The translations under genes and the position numbers were made by a program. DNA of 64,000 nucleotides from an uncultured Candidatus Woesearchaeota archaeon (lineage in GTDB: Archaea; Nanobdellota; Nanobdellia; Woesearchaeales; GW2011-AR9): assembly GCA_902529885.1 (NCBI GenBank), contig CABZYC010000001.1, positions 89,719 to 153,718 of the forward strand, read 5' to 3'. Of the stretch, positions 38,995-48,612 are shown piece by piece. Position 1 is the stretch's first letter. Every line of letters starts with the position of its first letter. Below the pieces are notes generated by a model, which saw only the letters and a list, made by a program, of their open reading frames with translations, had not been told where the DNA came from and made no database searches.

Positions 38995-40153
38995 ACGGCT
39001 TGAACAAGTTACAGGTATTAGTAACTTGAATTTTTTATCAAAACCTAACCATGTACATACAGCAACATTAGTAGTTAATGGAAACGAGTATGTTGCATAC
39101 CGTATACAATATAATAATGACCGTGGGCCCTATAAAGGTGGCATCAGGTTCCACCCAATGGTTAACAGAACAGAAGTTGAACTGTTAGCATTTTGGATGA
39201 CTATTAAAACTGCATTGGTAGATATTCCAATGGGCGGAGGTAAAGGTGGAGTCACTATAGACCCCAAACTGCTTAGTGAAGAAAGTATACAAAAGGTTGC
39301 AAGAGAATATGTTCGATCGTTCAATAACATTCTTGGAGTAAACATAGACATACCTGCACCTGACGTTTATACTAACCCTCAAATAATGAGTTTTATGCTT
39401 GATGAATATGAACTAATTAATAATTGTAGTGAACCTGGAATGATTACAGGAAAACCACTTGAAATTGGTGGTAGCCTTGGCCGGGACACAGCCACAGCTA
39501 TGGGTGGACTTTTTTGTATCGACGAAGCTTGTGATAGATTAGGACTTAAGGATGCACGGGTAATCGTGCAAGGTTTTGGTAATGCTGGATCCAATATTGC
39601 AAAACTCTTGTATGATAAAGGGTATACCATTATTGCAGTGAGTGATAGTAAAGGATGCACTTTTAGTGATTCAGGATTAAATATAGACCTACTTATTTCT
39701 CATAAACAAATCAATGGTACGGTTAAAGGTTATGCAGAAGATTTAGACAACATTTTTTCTCTACCTTGCGACATTCTTATCCCGGCAGCATTAGAAAATA
39801 GTATTAATCTTGACATTGCTAAAAAAGTTCAAACAAAATTAATTGTTGAACTTGCTAACGGTCCAGTTACAACAGAAGCAGACGATATGTTGCATGAACG
39901 AAACATCTTGGTCATCCCCGACATTCTTGCTAATGCAGGAGGAGTGACAGTAAGTTATTATGAGTGGGTACAAAATAAAACTGGATTATATTGGGACGCA
40001 ACACAAGTTAATAACAAACTAAAACTTTGCATGTTAAAAGCGCTTAATACAGTATGGGATTTATACGAAGTTCAAGGACGAAACTTTCGTGACGCTGCAT
40101 ACACTATTGCGATTAAAAGGTTGTATTCCGCACATAAACTCCGTAAAGGTTAA
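38972..40153 (+). CDS. gdhA: Glu/Leu/Phe/Val (glutamate) dehydrogenase
   Basis: RGPYKGGIRFHP, GGGKGG, DIPAPD, QGFGNAG, PDILANAGGV.VSYYEW. Confidence 0.95.
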   Translation: MDIQQTIKRLEQVTGISNLNFLSKPNHVHTATLVVNGNEYVAYRIQYNNDRGPYKGGIRFHPMVNRTEVELLAFWMTIKTALVDIPMGGGKGGVTIDPKLLSEESIQKVAREYVRSFNNILGVNIDIPAPDVYTNPQIMSFMLDEYELINNCSEPGMITGKPLEIGGSLGRDTATAMGGLFCIDEACDRLGLKDARVIVQGFGNAGSNIAKLLYDKGYTIIAVSDSKGCTFSDSGLNIDLLISHKQINGTVKGYAEDLDNIFSLPCDILIPAALENSINLDIAKKVQTKLIVELANGPVTTEADDMLHERNILVIPDILANAGGVTVSYYEWVQNKTGLYWDATQVNNKLKLCMLKALNTVWDLYEVQGRNFRDAAYTIAIKRLYSAHKLRKG

Positions 40154-40166
40154 ATAACGTTCCTTT

Positions 40167-41534
40167 ATGGCAAACAGTATGATGCGAACGCACACATGTG
40201 GGGAACTAAGACTTGAGCATGATACTGAATCAGTAACATTGGCTGGATGGATAAAAAGTGTAAGGCTTACTGGAAAATTTGCTTTTGTGGACATTTATGA
40301 TAAATATGGTACAACACAAGTTTTTGTTCGATCTAACCTTGTTGATAGTGTTAAAAACCTTAACCAAGAAGACATTATAGCAATAAAAGGGCTTGTTAAA
40401 GCTCGTCCTGAAAACCAACGTAAAGGCGGGGTTGCAGACATTGAATTATCGGCAGAAGAGATTACGCTTATTAAAAAGATTCCATCTTTACCAATAGCAT
40501 TAGATGAAAGTGTTGAAAGTAAAGAAGAAACTCGTTTAACCTATAGGTATATTGACCTTAAAAAGGAACGAATGCGAAACAACATTATTCTTCGACACAA
40601 GGTTTTGCATGCAATAAGAACTTTTATGGATGCAAACAATTTTGTAGATGTAGAAACACCTTGTCTTACCAAAAGTACGCCTGAAGGTTCAAGAGATTAC
40701 ATTGTTCCATCACGAAAGCATAAGGGTGAATTTTACGCGTTACCACAATCACCACAAATTTATAAACAATTATTAATGGTTAGCAATTTTGATCGGTATT
40801 ACCAAATTGCACGATGTTTCCGTGATGAAGATCTTCGTGCAGATCGACAACCTGAATTCACTCAGTTAGATCTTGAAATGAGTTTTATCAATGAAGAAGA
40901 CATATATTCGCTTGTTGAAAAATTAATAGTGCATATATGGAAAGAAGTGCTCAACATTGATTTAGCTATTCCTTTCAAAAGGATGAGTTATCAAGAAGCA
41001 ATGGCAAAATATGATTGTGATAAACCAGATCTTCGTCCTGAAACTAAAGAACGTTTCGCTTTCACATGGGTCACAGAATTTCCTATGTTTGAGTTTAGTG
41101 AAGAAGAAAACCGTTATGTCGCCATGCACCATCCTTTCACTTCACCTAATGTTGAAGACATTGAAAAGTTGCATTCTGACAAAGGTGCAATTAGAAGCCG
41201 GGCATACGATTTAGTTTTAAACGGTTACGAGATTGGAGGCGGAAGTATTAGAATACACGATTCACAACTTCAATCAGAAGTGTTCAAAGCGTTAGGGATT
41301 GATGATGAACATGCACAACGAAAGTTTGGATTTTTACTTGACGCACTAAAATTTGCACCGCCACACGGAGGTTGTGCCTTTGGTATTGACCGGTTAGTCA
41401 TGCTCATTGCTGAAGAAGATAGTATTAGAGAAGTTATCGCGTTCCCTAAAAATAAAGAAGCAAAATGTAACATGATGAACACACCAAGCCCCATCAGTAA
41501 AGAACAGCTTGATGAAGTGCATCTTAAACAATGA
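40167..41534 (+). CDS. aspS: Aspartate--tRNA ligase, bacterial-type, short form
   Basis: MRTHTCGEL, STPEGSRDY, ALPQSPQ, FRDEDLRADRQPEFTQLD, HHPFT, PPHGG. Confidence 0.95.
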   Translation: MANSMMRTHTCGELRLEHDTESVTLAGWIKSVRLTGKFAFVDIYDKYGTTQVFVRSNLVDSVKNLNQEDIIAIKGLVKARPENQRKGGVADIELSAEEITLIKKIPSLPIALDESVESKEETRLTYRYIDLKKERMRNNIILRHKVLHAIRTFMDANNFVDVETPCLTKSTPEGSRDYIVPSRKHKGEFYALPQSPQIYKQLLMVSNFDRYYQIARCFRDEDLRADRQPEFTQLDLEMSFINEEDIYSLVEKLIVHIWKEVLNIDLAIPFKRMSYQEAMAKYDCDKPDLRPETKERFAFTWVTEFPMFEFSEEENRYVAMHHPFTSPNVEDIEKLHSDKGAIRSRAYDLVLNGYEIGGGSIRIHDSQLQSEVFKALGIDDEHAQRKFGFLLDALKFAPPHGGCAFGIDRLVMLIAEEDSIREVIAFPKNKEAKCNMMNTPSPISKEQLDEVHLKQ

Positions 41535-42034
41535 GAATAGCTATTGTTATCGTTGACCAGTTCCAAGATCATGAGTTTGAAGTCCCCTATACCACCTTAA
41601 TTGAAAAGGGCTTCAAGATTGATATTGTTTCTGATACCACAGGAATTAAAACTGGCAAATTAGGTTCAACAATAAAGGCAACGCAGACTTTTGAACAAAC
41701 ACACCTTAAGGACTATAAAGGAATCATTTTTGTGGGGGGACCAGGTGCAAAAGTGTTGATTGAAAATATCCAAGCACACATCTTATGTATTGAAGCTGTG
41801 GAACAAAATAAGCTGTTAGCAGCAATATGTATTGCGCCATGCATATTAGCACGTTCAGGAGTTCTTAAAGGTAAAAAAGCAACAGTATGGCCTTCTGAAA
41901 AAACCATATCCTTACTAGAAAGTTCAGGGGCAGTATATTGTCAAAAAGAAGTAGTACGTGACAATAACATTATTACTGCTAACGGACCAGAATCCACTGA
42001 ATCTTTTACTGATGAGATTCTTGCAATTCTTTAA
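41531..42034 (+). CDS. DJ-1/PfpI family protein
   Basis: FQDHE, VGGPG, AAICIAP, ITANGP. Confidence 0.92.
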   Translation: MRIAIVIVDQFQDHEFEVPYTTLIEKGFKIDIVSDTTGIKTGKLGSTIKATQTFEQTHLKDYKGIIFVGGPGAKVLIENIQAHILCIEAVEQNKLLAAICIAPCILARSGVLKGKKATVWPSEKTISLLESSGAVYCQKEVVRDNNIITANGPESTESFTDEILAIL

Positions 42035-42059
42035 ATATTAGTTTTCCTTACAAACTAGC

Positions 42060-42269
42060 ATGGTGAAAAAAAAACATTTACGAGAAAAACTTGAAATGCT
42101 ACGCTTCTTAACCCTTGGATTTTTAGTGTTAGCAACAATTGCTATTATACTCAGTGTTACAACAACACCGCTTAACGGGATGATACTCCTATTATTCGGA
42201 ATTCTATGCTTTGTAATATGGTTCATTGGCTTTTTTGATGTTACTGAAGAGTTGGAGAAATTAAAATGA
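42060..42269 (+). CDS. Small two-TM membrane protein
   Basis: Two hydrophobic helices; overlaps start of SPFH gene. Confidence 0.65.
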   Translation: MVKKKHLREKLEMLRFLTLGFLVLATIAIILSVTTTPLNGMILLLFGILCFVIWFIGFFDVTEELEKLK

Positions 42270-42991
42270 TCTTCCCGGTGATTATAGGTGGGGCCATCCT
42301 TGCATCCTCACTCCGAGTTGTTAATGAGTATGAACGTGGAATTAAATTTACACTAGGTAAATATGCTGGAATTATGAAACCAGGATTAAGAATAGTCATT
42401 CCTTTAGTACAAAGTTGGCAACGAGTAGACATGCGTATTATTGCAGCAGATGTCCCTGACCAAGATTGTATCACAAAAGATAATGTTTCAGTAAGAGTGA
42501 ACGCAGTATTATATTATAAAGTGCAAGATTCAAGTAAATGCATACTACAAGTACAAGATTATGGTTACGCAGTACGCCAACTTAGTCAAACAACTATGCG
42601 AGACGTGGTTGGAGAAGTAACACTCGATGAACTCTTACAAAAACGTGAAGAGTTAAGCCAACGAATACAACGTATTGTTGACGCTGCATCAGACCCATGG
42701 GGCATAAAAGTTGAAAGTGTAGATTTGAAACATATTGAACTTCCAGACAACATGAAACGGACTATGGCAAAAGAAGCAGAAAGTGAACGTGAAAAACGCG
42801 CAGTTATCATTAAAGCGGAAGGAGAAGTTATAGCTTCAGAAAACCTTTCTAAAGCTGCAGACATATTATCTTCTTCCCAAGGTGCTTTACATCTTCGAAC
42901 CTTACAAAGTTTGAACGATATTAGTAGTGATCAAAGTAACACTATCGTCTTTACTTTGCCACTCGAAATTATGAAAGGTTTCCAAAAATGA
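42266..42991 (+). CDS. SPFH/stomatin (slipin) protein
   Basis: EYERG, ITKDNV, WGIKV, AESEREKRA..I.AEGE, LRTLQ. Confidence 0.95.
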   Translation: MIFPVIIGGAILASSLRVVNEYERGIKFTLGKYAGIMKPGLRIVIPLVQSWQRVDMRIIAADVPDQDCITKDNVSVRVNAVLYYKVQDSSKCILQVQDYGYAVRQLSQTTMRDVVGEVTLDELLQKREELSQRIQRIVDAASDPWGIKVESVDLKHIELPDNMKRTMAKEAESEREKRAVIIKAEGEVIASENLSKAADILSSSQGALHLRTLQSLNDISSDQSNTIVFTLPLEIMKGFQK

Positions 42992-43389
42992 AGATTGCTT
43001 GTGACCACGGTGGGTACGAGTTGGCACAAAGGTTAACTCAGTATTTTAATCTTGATTACCTTGGTCCAAACACACTTGATTATGATGACGATTATCCACT
43101 CTATGCACAAAAATTGTGTGAATCATTAGAGAAAGATGAACTTGGTATCTTGATATGTCGTAGTGGACAAGGCATGGTAATTGCAGCTAATAGATATAAA
43201 CATGTTCGCGCAGTATTAGTACGAACAAAAAGTGATGCAATCACAACACGTAAACATAATCATGCAAACATAATTTGTCTTGCTGCCGATTCAATAAGCT
43301 TTGAAAATGTTGTCGAGCTTATTGAAACGTTTAAAAAAACTAGGCCTGACAATTCAGAAAGGCATTGTAGAAGAGTGAACCAATTATGA
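42988..43389 (+). CDS. rpiB: Ribose-5-phosphate isomerase B
   Basis: ACDHGG, DYP, ICRSGQG, HNHAN, RH.RRV. Confidence 0.93.
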   Translation: MKIACDHGGYELAQRLTQYFNLDYLGPNTLDYDDDYPLYAQKLCESLEKDELGILICRSGQGMVIAANRYKHVRAVLVRTKSDAITTRKHNHANIICLAADSISFENVVELIETFKKTRPDNSERHCRRVNQL

Positions 43390-43991
43390 TAATACCTGCC
43401 ATCATAGCAAAAAATCAAGATGAATTTAATCAACGTTACAAAAAAGTAGCGTTCGCTAAAGTAATACATTTAGATTTAATGGACGGCGAATTTGTTAATA
43501 ATGAAAGCTTATTATTCCCAATAAAGTTACCACAAAATGAATTTCATTGGCATTTAATGACTACTAACCCTTACAAATATATTGAACTTAGTAACAGTAA
43601 AATATTTTATGTTCATGCAGAAACAGTGAATCTTAAAAAACATGTATTATATTGCCAAGAAAAAAGTTTGCCGGTCTGTTTTGCTATTAGCCCACAAACA
43701 CCTATTAGCTATCTAAATGAAGTTATAGAAAATATTGATCGATTATTAATCATGACTGTCGAACCAGGACAATACGGAGCACAACTTGTTACAAAAGCAA
43801 TCCGAAAAATTAAAGGTGTGCCCCCCCACATTAAAGTTTGTGTTGATGGTGCAATGAACGATGATACAATCAAACTTGCAAAATATGCAGAACATGTAGT
43901 GAGCGGATCTTATTTACAAAAAACAGGAGAAATTGGTTACAAGTTATTAACTAGTTTGCATGCTGCTTCACAAACTCTTCGTAAAGCTTAG
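43386..43991 (+). CDS. rpe: Ribulose-phosphate 3-epimerase
   Basis: HLDLMDG, HLM, MTVEPG, VDG, VSGS. Confidence 0.9.
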   Translation: MIIPAIIAKNQDEFNQRYKKVAFAKVIHLDLMDGEFVNNESLLFPIKLPQNEFHWHLMTTNPYKYIELSNSKIFYVHAETVNLKKHVLYCQEKSLPVCFAISPQTPISYLNEVIENIDRLLIMTVEPGQYGAQLVTKAIRKIKGVPPHIKVCVDGAMNDDTIKLAKYAEHVVSGSYLQKTGEIGYKLLTSLHAASQTLRKA

Positions 43992-44187
43992 CATCAAACC
44001 CTTGCAGAAAATCATCCCCGCTACGTAATGTTGGAACTTCTAGGCTACCAGTTAATTGTAGCATCTCAAGTCGAAGAGGATGCTCCTCAAAAATATTTAC
44101 TCGAACAAAATCTACGCCTAACTTTTGTAGTAAGGCAATAGCATTACGCGAATGTTTACATTGTTCAAGAACATATAAGGTTATCAT
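43951..44187 (-). CDS. Glutaredoxin-like protein (CxxS)
   Basis: CKHS active site, TG..EVP, GFD. Confidence 0.8.
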   Translation of the reverse strand: MITLYVLEQCKHSRNAIALLQKLGVDFVRVNIFEEHPLRLEMLQLTGSLEVPTLRSGDDFLQGFDAKLYEEFVKQHAN

Positions 44188-44189
44188 GA

Positions 44190-45902
44190 TTATCTAAACA
44201 CACCCTCACTTTTTAATACCTTCTGTACAATTTGTTCAATAGCATCACGATCAATACGTGCATTTTGTAAACATTCTCTTGGTTGTGCACTTATAGGAAC
44301 ACCATGCACCGCTAAATGGTAATCTGGTGTGAACGGTAAAGAATCAGCAATACCACCTTGCGGACAATGGTCTTCTACAACCAATATTTTTCCTACAACA
44401 TCATTTTTTATTTTTTCTAAAATTGGTTTTACACAATAAACATCTATTACACGAACATTTGGGTATTGTTTAGCTACTGCCAAAGCCTCATGCAAAGTTA
44501 TACCTGCAGCTAAAATAGTTATCATATCGTTACGCCCCTTACAATGAACGTGGTAACCCCCAACTTTAAAGGTGTGCTTCTTACTGTAAATCTGAGGCAA
44601 TTTTGAACGTGTAGCACGTAAATACCGAACATGCTTATGTTTAAGTAAAAGTTCTGTACAAACTAAAGTTGAATATGCATCACAAGGGTACAACACCACA
44701 GAAGAAGGTATTGTACGAAACATAGAAATGTCTTGTAACCCCATCTGTGATGCGCCATCTGCACCAATATGACACCCTGCGTGAGTCCCAACACACAACA
44801 TATCAGATTTACTTACACCAGCCATCCTTAATTGATCATATGCACGGGTAAAAAAAGCAGCAAAAGTACTTAGTACGGGTGTATAACCAATTGAACTAAG
44901 CCCAGAAGCTATACCAACCATGCTTTGTTCAGCAATATAACATTGAATACTTCTTTTTGGATACTTTTTAACATAATTCGCTAAATACGTACTATTACCC
45001 ACATCTGCATCAATTGCCACTAAACTAGAGTCATTAACATTAGAAAGTGTTAACCCAAACATTTCTCGAGGACTCACATCAACTACTTTTGGACGTTTAT
45101 ACGCCCTCTTAAGCTTATGAGCCTTTGTTGTGTCAAGAGTATATTCAATTATTAAATCTTCACACCCAATCTCATCTAATGCATCTGCACACTCTTCAAC
45201 CGATAAAGTTTTACCATGCCACCCGTGCTTTCCTTCAATGAGTTTTACACCTTTACCTTTAATTGTTTTACAAATAATAGCTGTTAATCCATTATCCCAC
45301 CTCAATTTATCTAATTGTTTAATGTTATGACCATTAACAATTACCGTATTCCATCCGAACGCCTTAAAACGAGAAGCAATCATTTTAGCGGATAAAGGAG
45401 TGTCACCAGTTTGCCCTTGACCATTTACATCAATAATACAGGTTATTGGCAAATTTAATCTGCTTGCTATAGCTGCAGATTCCCAAACAGAACCTTCTGC
45501 ACATTCCCCATCACCCATCACACAGTAAACCCTACGGCCACTATACGCAATACCTATTGCGTTAGCAAGACCCATGCCTAAACTGCCTGTCGCAACACGT
45601 ATACCTTCCATACGGGGAGTCGGATGTCCTTCAAGCAGGCTACCATTCTTACGTAAAGTAGACAAATCTTTATGATTTATCTTTCCTAACTCTGCATATA
45701 CAGACCACAAAATTGGTGCTGCGTGCCCTTTACTAAGAATAAACTCGTCTCTACCCCAGATCATCTTATTATATACCAACACTGCCATGAAATCTGCCAT
45801 AGATAAACATGTGCTGGGATGCCCACTCCCTGCAGTAGTTGTGGACAATACTGAATAATAACGTAACCGTTGAGCTGCTAATGATAACTCTTCAACATCC
45901 AT
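44190..45902 (-). CDS. tkt: Transketolase (single chain)
   Basis: AGSGH, LSKGH, LEGHP, GDGECAEG, IAEQ, GADGASQ, VEDH. Confidence 0.95.
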   Translation of the reverse strand: MDVEELSLAAQRLRYYSVLSTTTAGSGHPSTCLSMADFMAVLVYNKMIWGRDEFILSKGHAAPILWSVYAELGKINHKDLSTLRKNGSLLEGHPTPRMEGIRVATGSLGMGLANAIGIAYSGRRVYCVMGDGECAEGSVWESAAIASRLNLPITCIIDVNGQGQTGDTPLSAKMIASRFKAFGWNTVIVNGHNIKQLDKLRWDNGLTAIICKTIKGKGVKLIEGKHGWHGKTLSVEECADALDEIGCEDLIIEYTLDTTKAHKLKRAYKRPKVVDVSPREMFGLTLSNVNDSSLVAIDADVGNSTYLANYVKKYPKRSIQCYIAEQSMVGIASGLSSIGYTPVLSTFAAFFTRAYDQLRMAGVSKSDMLCVGTHAGCHIGADGASQMGLQDISMFRTIPSSVVLYPCDAYSTLVCTELLLKHKHVRYLRATRSKLPQIYSKKHTFKVGGYHVHCKGRNDMITILAAGITLHEALAVAKQYPNVRVIDVYCVKPILEKIKNDVVGKILVVEDHCPQGGIADSLPFTPDYHLAVHGVPISAQPRECLQNARIDRDAIEQIVQKVLKSEGVFR

Positions 45903-45981
45903 ACTTTAACAATTGAGTTAAAGTATATAAACCCGTGTTATCGACAAAAGTTTTATAATACGCACACTAGTAAAGCAAAGT

Positions 45982-46617
45982 ATGGAATCAAATGAACATT
46001 TTGTCACGGTCGAACAAGAGGATGAAGAACTCTTTTTGGATGAACCCATCAAAGTGATCAGTACAAGTACCACTACACAAACTAACCGGCGTGATCCAAT
46101 CAAAGGTATTCTTTATGATACACGAGTGTTTACTGAACCAACAAATGAGGCAAGAGAACTTTTTCAATCAGGTCAATACGGTAAACTTGATGATAAAGGA
46201 CGTCTTGAACTTTCTCTTCTTGAAGCATTATACCTTGTTGAAAAAGAAAGATTAACACTCCGTAGTGAAGCAAATAGGGTTGTATCACACACACGACTTA
46301 TGAAAACTGCTAAAAAAAATGGGCCTAACTTCTGGACACGATACTGTGTATATAGAGATTTTCGGAACAGAGGCTATATCATTAAAACAGCATTAAAGTT
46401 TGGCGCAGATTTTAGGGTTTATGACCGTGGGATTAAACCTGGACAAGACCATGCAAAATGGATTGTATACCCTGTACGGGAAGGTGACACCCTCACTTGG
46501 CACGATTTTGCGTCAAAAAATAGAGTGGCACACAGTACAAAAAAAAGGTTATTGATAGCAATCGTAGACGATGAAAATGATGTGACATATTATGAAGTCA
46601 ACTGGACACGACCATAA
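45982..46617 (+). CDS. endA: tRNA-intron endonuclease
   Basis: LSLLEALYL, VYRDFRNRG, KFGADFRVY, H, RVAHSTKK; TATA box at 45952. Confidence 0.95.
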   Translation: MESNEHFVTVEQEDEELFLDEPIKVISTSTTTQTNRRDPIKGILYDTRVFTEPTNEARELFQSGQYGKLDDKGRLELSLLEALYLVEKERLTLRSEANRVVSHTRLMKTAKKNGPNFWTRYCVYRDFRNRGYIIKTALKFGADFRVYDRGIKPGQDHAKWIVYPVREGDTLTWHDFASKNRVAHSTKKRLLIAIVDDENDVTYYEVNWTRP

Positions 46618-46651
46618 CAATATTTTTATACCCTTATACTGACATTATCGT

Positions 46652-47593
46652 ATGCCAACTGAGGAGCAGATTTTACGTCTTTTATCATACACTGGTCCTT
46701 CTATTGGGTCTCAATTAGCCACAAAAATTAATGAAGACAGTTTATTGACTTCAGCATTCCTTTCTGATCTTGTTAGACGCGATAAAATCAAAATATCTAA
46801 ATTTAAAACTGCTTCAGGCCCATTTTATTATCTTAAAGGGCAAGAAGAAATGTTAGTCCAATTAACAATTAAAGAAATGAATCATAAGGATAGGCCCACT
46901 TTAATTAGACTACAAGAAAATGGAGTATTACAAGATAATGAGATGGACCTTCTTGGACGAGTAAGTATCAGGAAATATCCTGACCTTGCAATACCCATGC
47001 AAGTTACAATTGAAGGTACACCAATTCTTTATTGGCGTTGGTTCCAAATTGAGTCTGATACTTTTACTAAGCTGATTACTGATAAGTTCACTCCAGAAGA
47101 GCCTGAACCTGTTAAAGAGCCTGAACCTGTTAAAGAGCCTGAGTCCGTTAAAAAGTATGAAGAAAATCAAAACGTTGAAGCTGTACACAATACTGATACT
47201 AAAAAAGAGGACATCCAGTCAGAATTGATTGAGAATGTGTTAAAACCCAAAATTAAAAAGATTAGTAAAGATGAAGTGTTATTACCTAAAACCATCTCTT
47301 TTTTAGAAGATTTAAACTGTATAATCCAACGCCAAGATAGTGTTAAAAAAAATCGTGAACATAACTTTAAAATTTTAATACCTACAGAATTTGGTCCTGT
47401 CCCCTACTTTGTAAAAGTTCGTAATAAAAAGAAGTGTGATGAAAAAGATCTTAGCGCAGCTTATATGGAAGCAGAAGTACAACGTCTACCATTACTTTTT
47501 CTGTACACAGGACAATTACATGAAAAAGCAGAGGTTATTAGTAACAGTGAACGTTTTGAAAGTTTGCTTACTAGGAAAATCCCATGGGATTAA
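46652..47593 (+). CDS. Hypothetical protein (N-terminal wHTH-like region, EPEPVK linker)
   Basis: 313-aa ORF with TATA box at 46623; overlaps fen start. Confidence 0.75.
   Translation: MPTEEQILRLLSYTGPSIGSQLATKINEDSLLTSAFLSDLVRRDKIKISKFKTASGPFYYLKGQEEMLVQLTIKEMNHKDRPTLIRLQENGVLQDNEMDLLGRVSIRKYPDLAIPMQVTIEGTPILYWRWFQIESDTFTKLITDKFTPEEPEPVKEPEPVKEPESVKKYEENQNVEAVHNTDTKKEDIQSELIENVLKPKIKKISKDEVLLPKTISFLEDLNCIIQRQDSVKKNREHNFKILIPTEFGPVPYFVKVRNKKKCDEKDLSAAYMEAEVQRLPLLFLYTGQLHEKAEVISNSERFESLLTRKIPWD
47099..47152 (+). repeat. 18-bp in-frame tandem repeat x3 (EPEPVK)
   Basis: GAGCCTGAACCTGTTAAA x2 plus GAGCCTGAGTCCGTTAAA. Confidence 0.9.
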
Positions 47594-48582
47594 AATTTAA
47601 AGATTTAGTAGATGCTCACCCTACTTCCATTTCTTCATTAAAATATAAAACAATTGTTATGGATGGGATGAATGTATTATACCAATTCTTGAGTAGTATC
47701 AGAGATCAGAACGGTGATTATTTAACATACAACGGTTATGTTACAAGCCACCTTATTGGACTTTTCAATAGAACATGCCGATTACTTGAATCAGAAATTA
47801 AACTAATATACGTCTTTGATGGGCAAGCACCACAAATTAAAGAAGTTACTAAACTCTTACGCAAAAATGTAAAAGAGCAAGCTGCAAAACGTTATGCAGA
47901 AGCAAAAAAACGTAATGATACTAAGGCTATGCAACAGTATGCACGACAGACATCAAGGTTAACAACCGAGATGATTGATGATGCAAAAAAAATGTTGGAA
48001 TTAATGGGTATACCTATTGTACAAGCTCCAAGTGAGGGTGAAGCACAATGTGCACAGATTGTTAAAAATGGTGATGCTTACGCAGTCGGAAGCCAGGATT
48101 ATGACACCTTACTTTTTGGAAGCCCACGTATTGTACGGAACCTTAATATTAGTGGAACAAGAAGAATTGGTGGAAGAATTATATCAATCCAACCAGAACT
48201 ATTATTATTAGACGATGTTTATAGTAAATGGAACATTACAAGTGATCAACTTCGAATACTCGCTATTTTAACAGGGACAGATTATAACCCGGGTGGCATC
48301 AAAGGGATAGGTGTTAAAAAGGGACTCAAACTGTTACATGAAAAACCATCAGATATATTTTCACGTTTTGAATGGACACACGCTGTTTCATGGAAAGAAA
48401 TATATGACACGCTTAAGGATATCCCTGTTAAAAAAGATTATATCTTGGATTACGGTAAACCACAATATGATAAATTACAAACGTTTTTAGTGAGTGAGCG
48501 AGGGTTTGATGCTGAGCGCGTAGAAAAAAGTTTACAAAAATTACAATTTGATAGACAGACTGGATTACAACAGTTTGGATAA
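47584..48582 (+). CDS. fen: Flap endonuclease 1
   Basis: YQFLSSIR, TSHL.G, APSEGEAQ, SQDYD, GTDYN, C-terminal PIP box QTGLQQF. Confidence 0.97.
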   Translation: MGLKFKDLVDAHPTSISSLKYKTIVMDGMNVLYQFLSSIRDQNGDYLTYNGYVTSHLIGLFNRTCRLLESEIKLIYVFDGQAPQIKEVTKLLRKNVKEQAAKRYAEAKKRNDTKAMQQYARQTSRLTTEMIDDAKKMLELMGIPIVQAPSEGEAQCAQIVKNGDAYAVGSQDYDTLLFGSPRIVRNLNISGTRRIGGRIISIQPELLLLDDVYSKWNITSDQLRILAILTGTDYNPGGIKGIGVKKGLKLLHEKPSDIFSRFEWTHAVSWKEIYDTLKDIPVKKDYILDYGKPQYDKLQTFLVSERGFDAERVEKSLQKLQFDRQTGLQQFG

Positions 48583-48612
48583 TATTATAAATACACTTCA
48601 ATAAAAGATTAT

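Noticed and set aside
47099-47152. 18-bp repeats as a regulatory or mobile-element feature
   Set aside because: They encode an in-frame EPEPVK linker.
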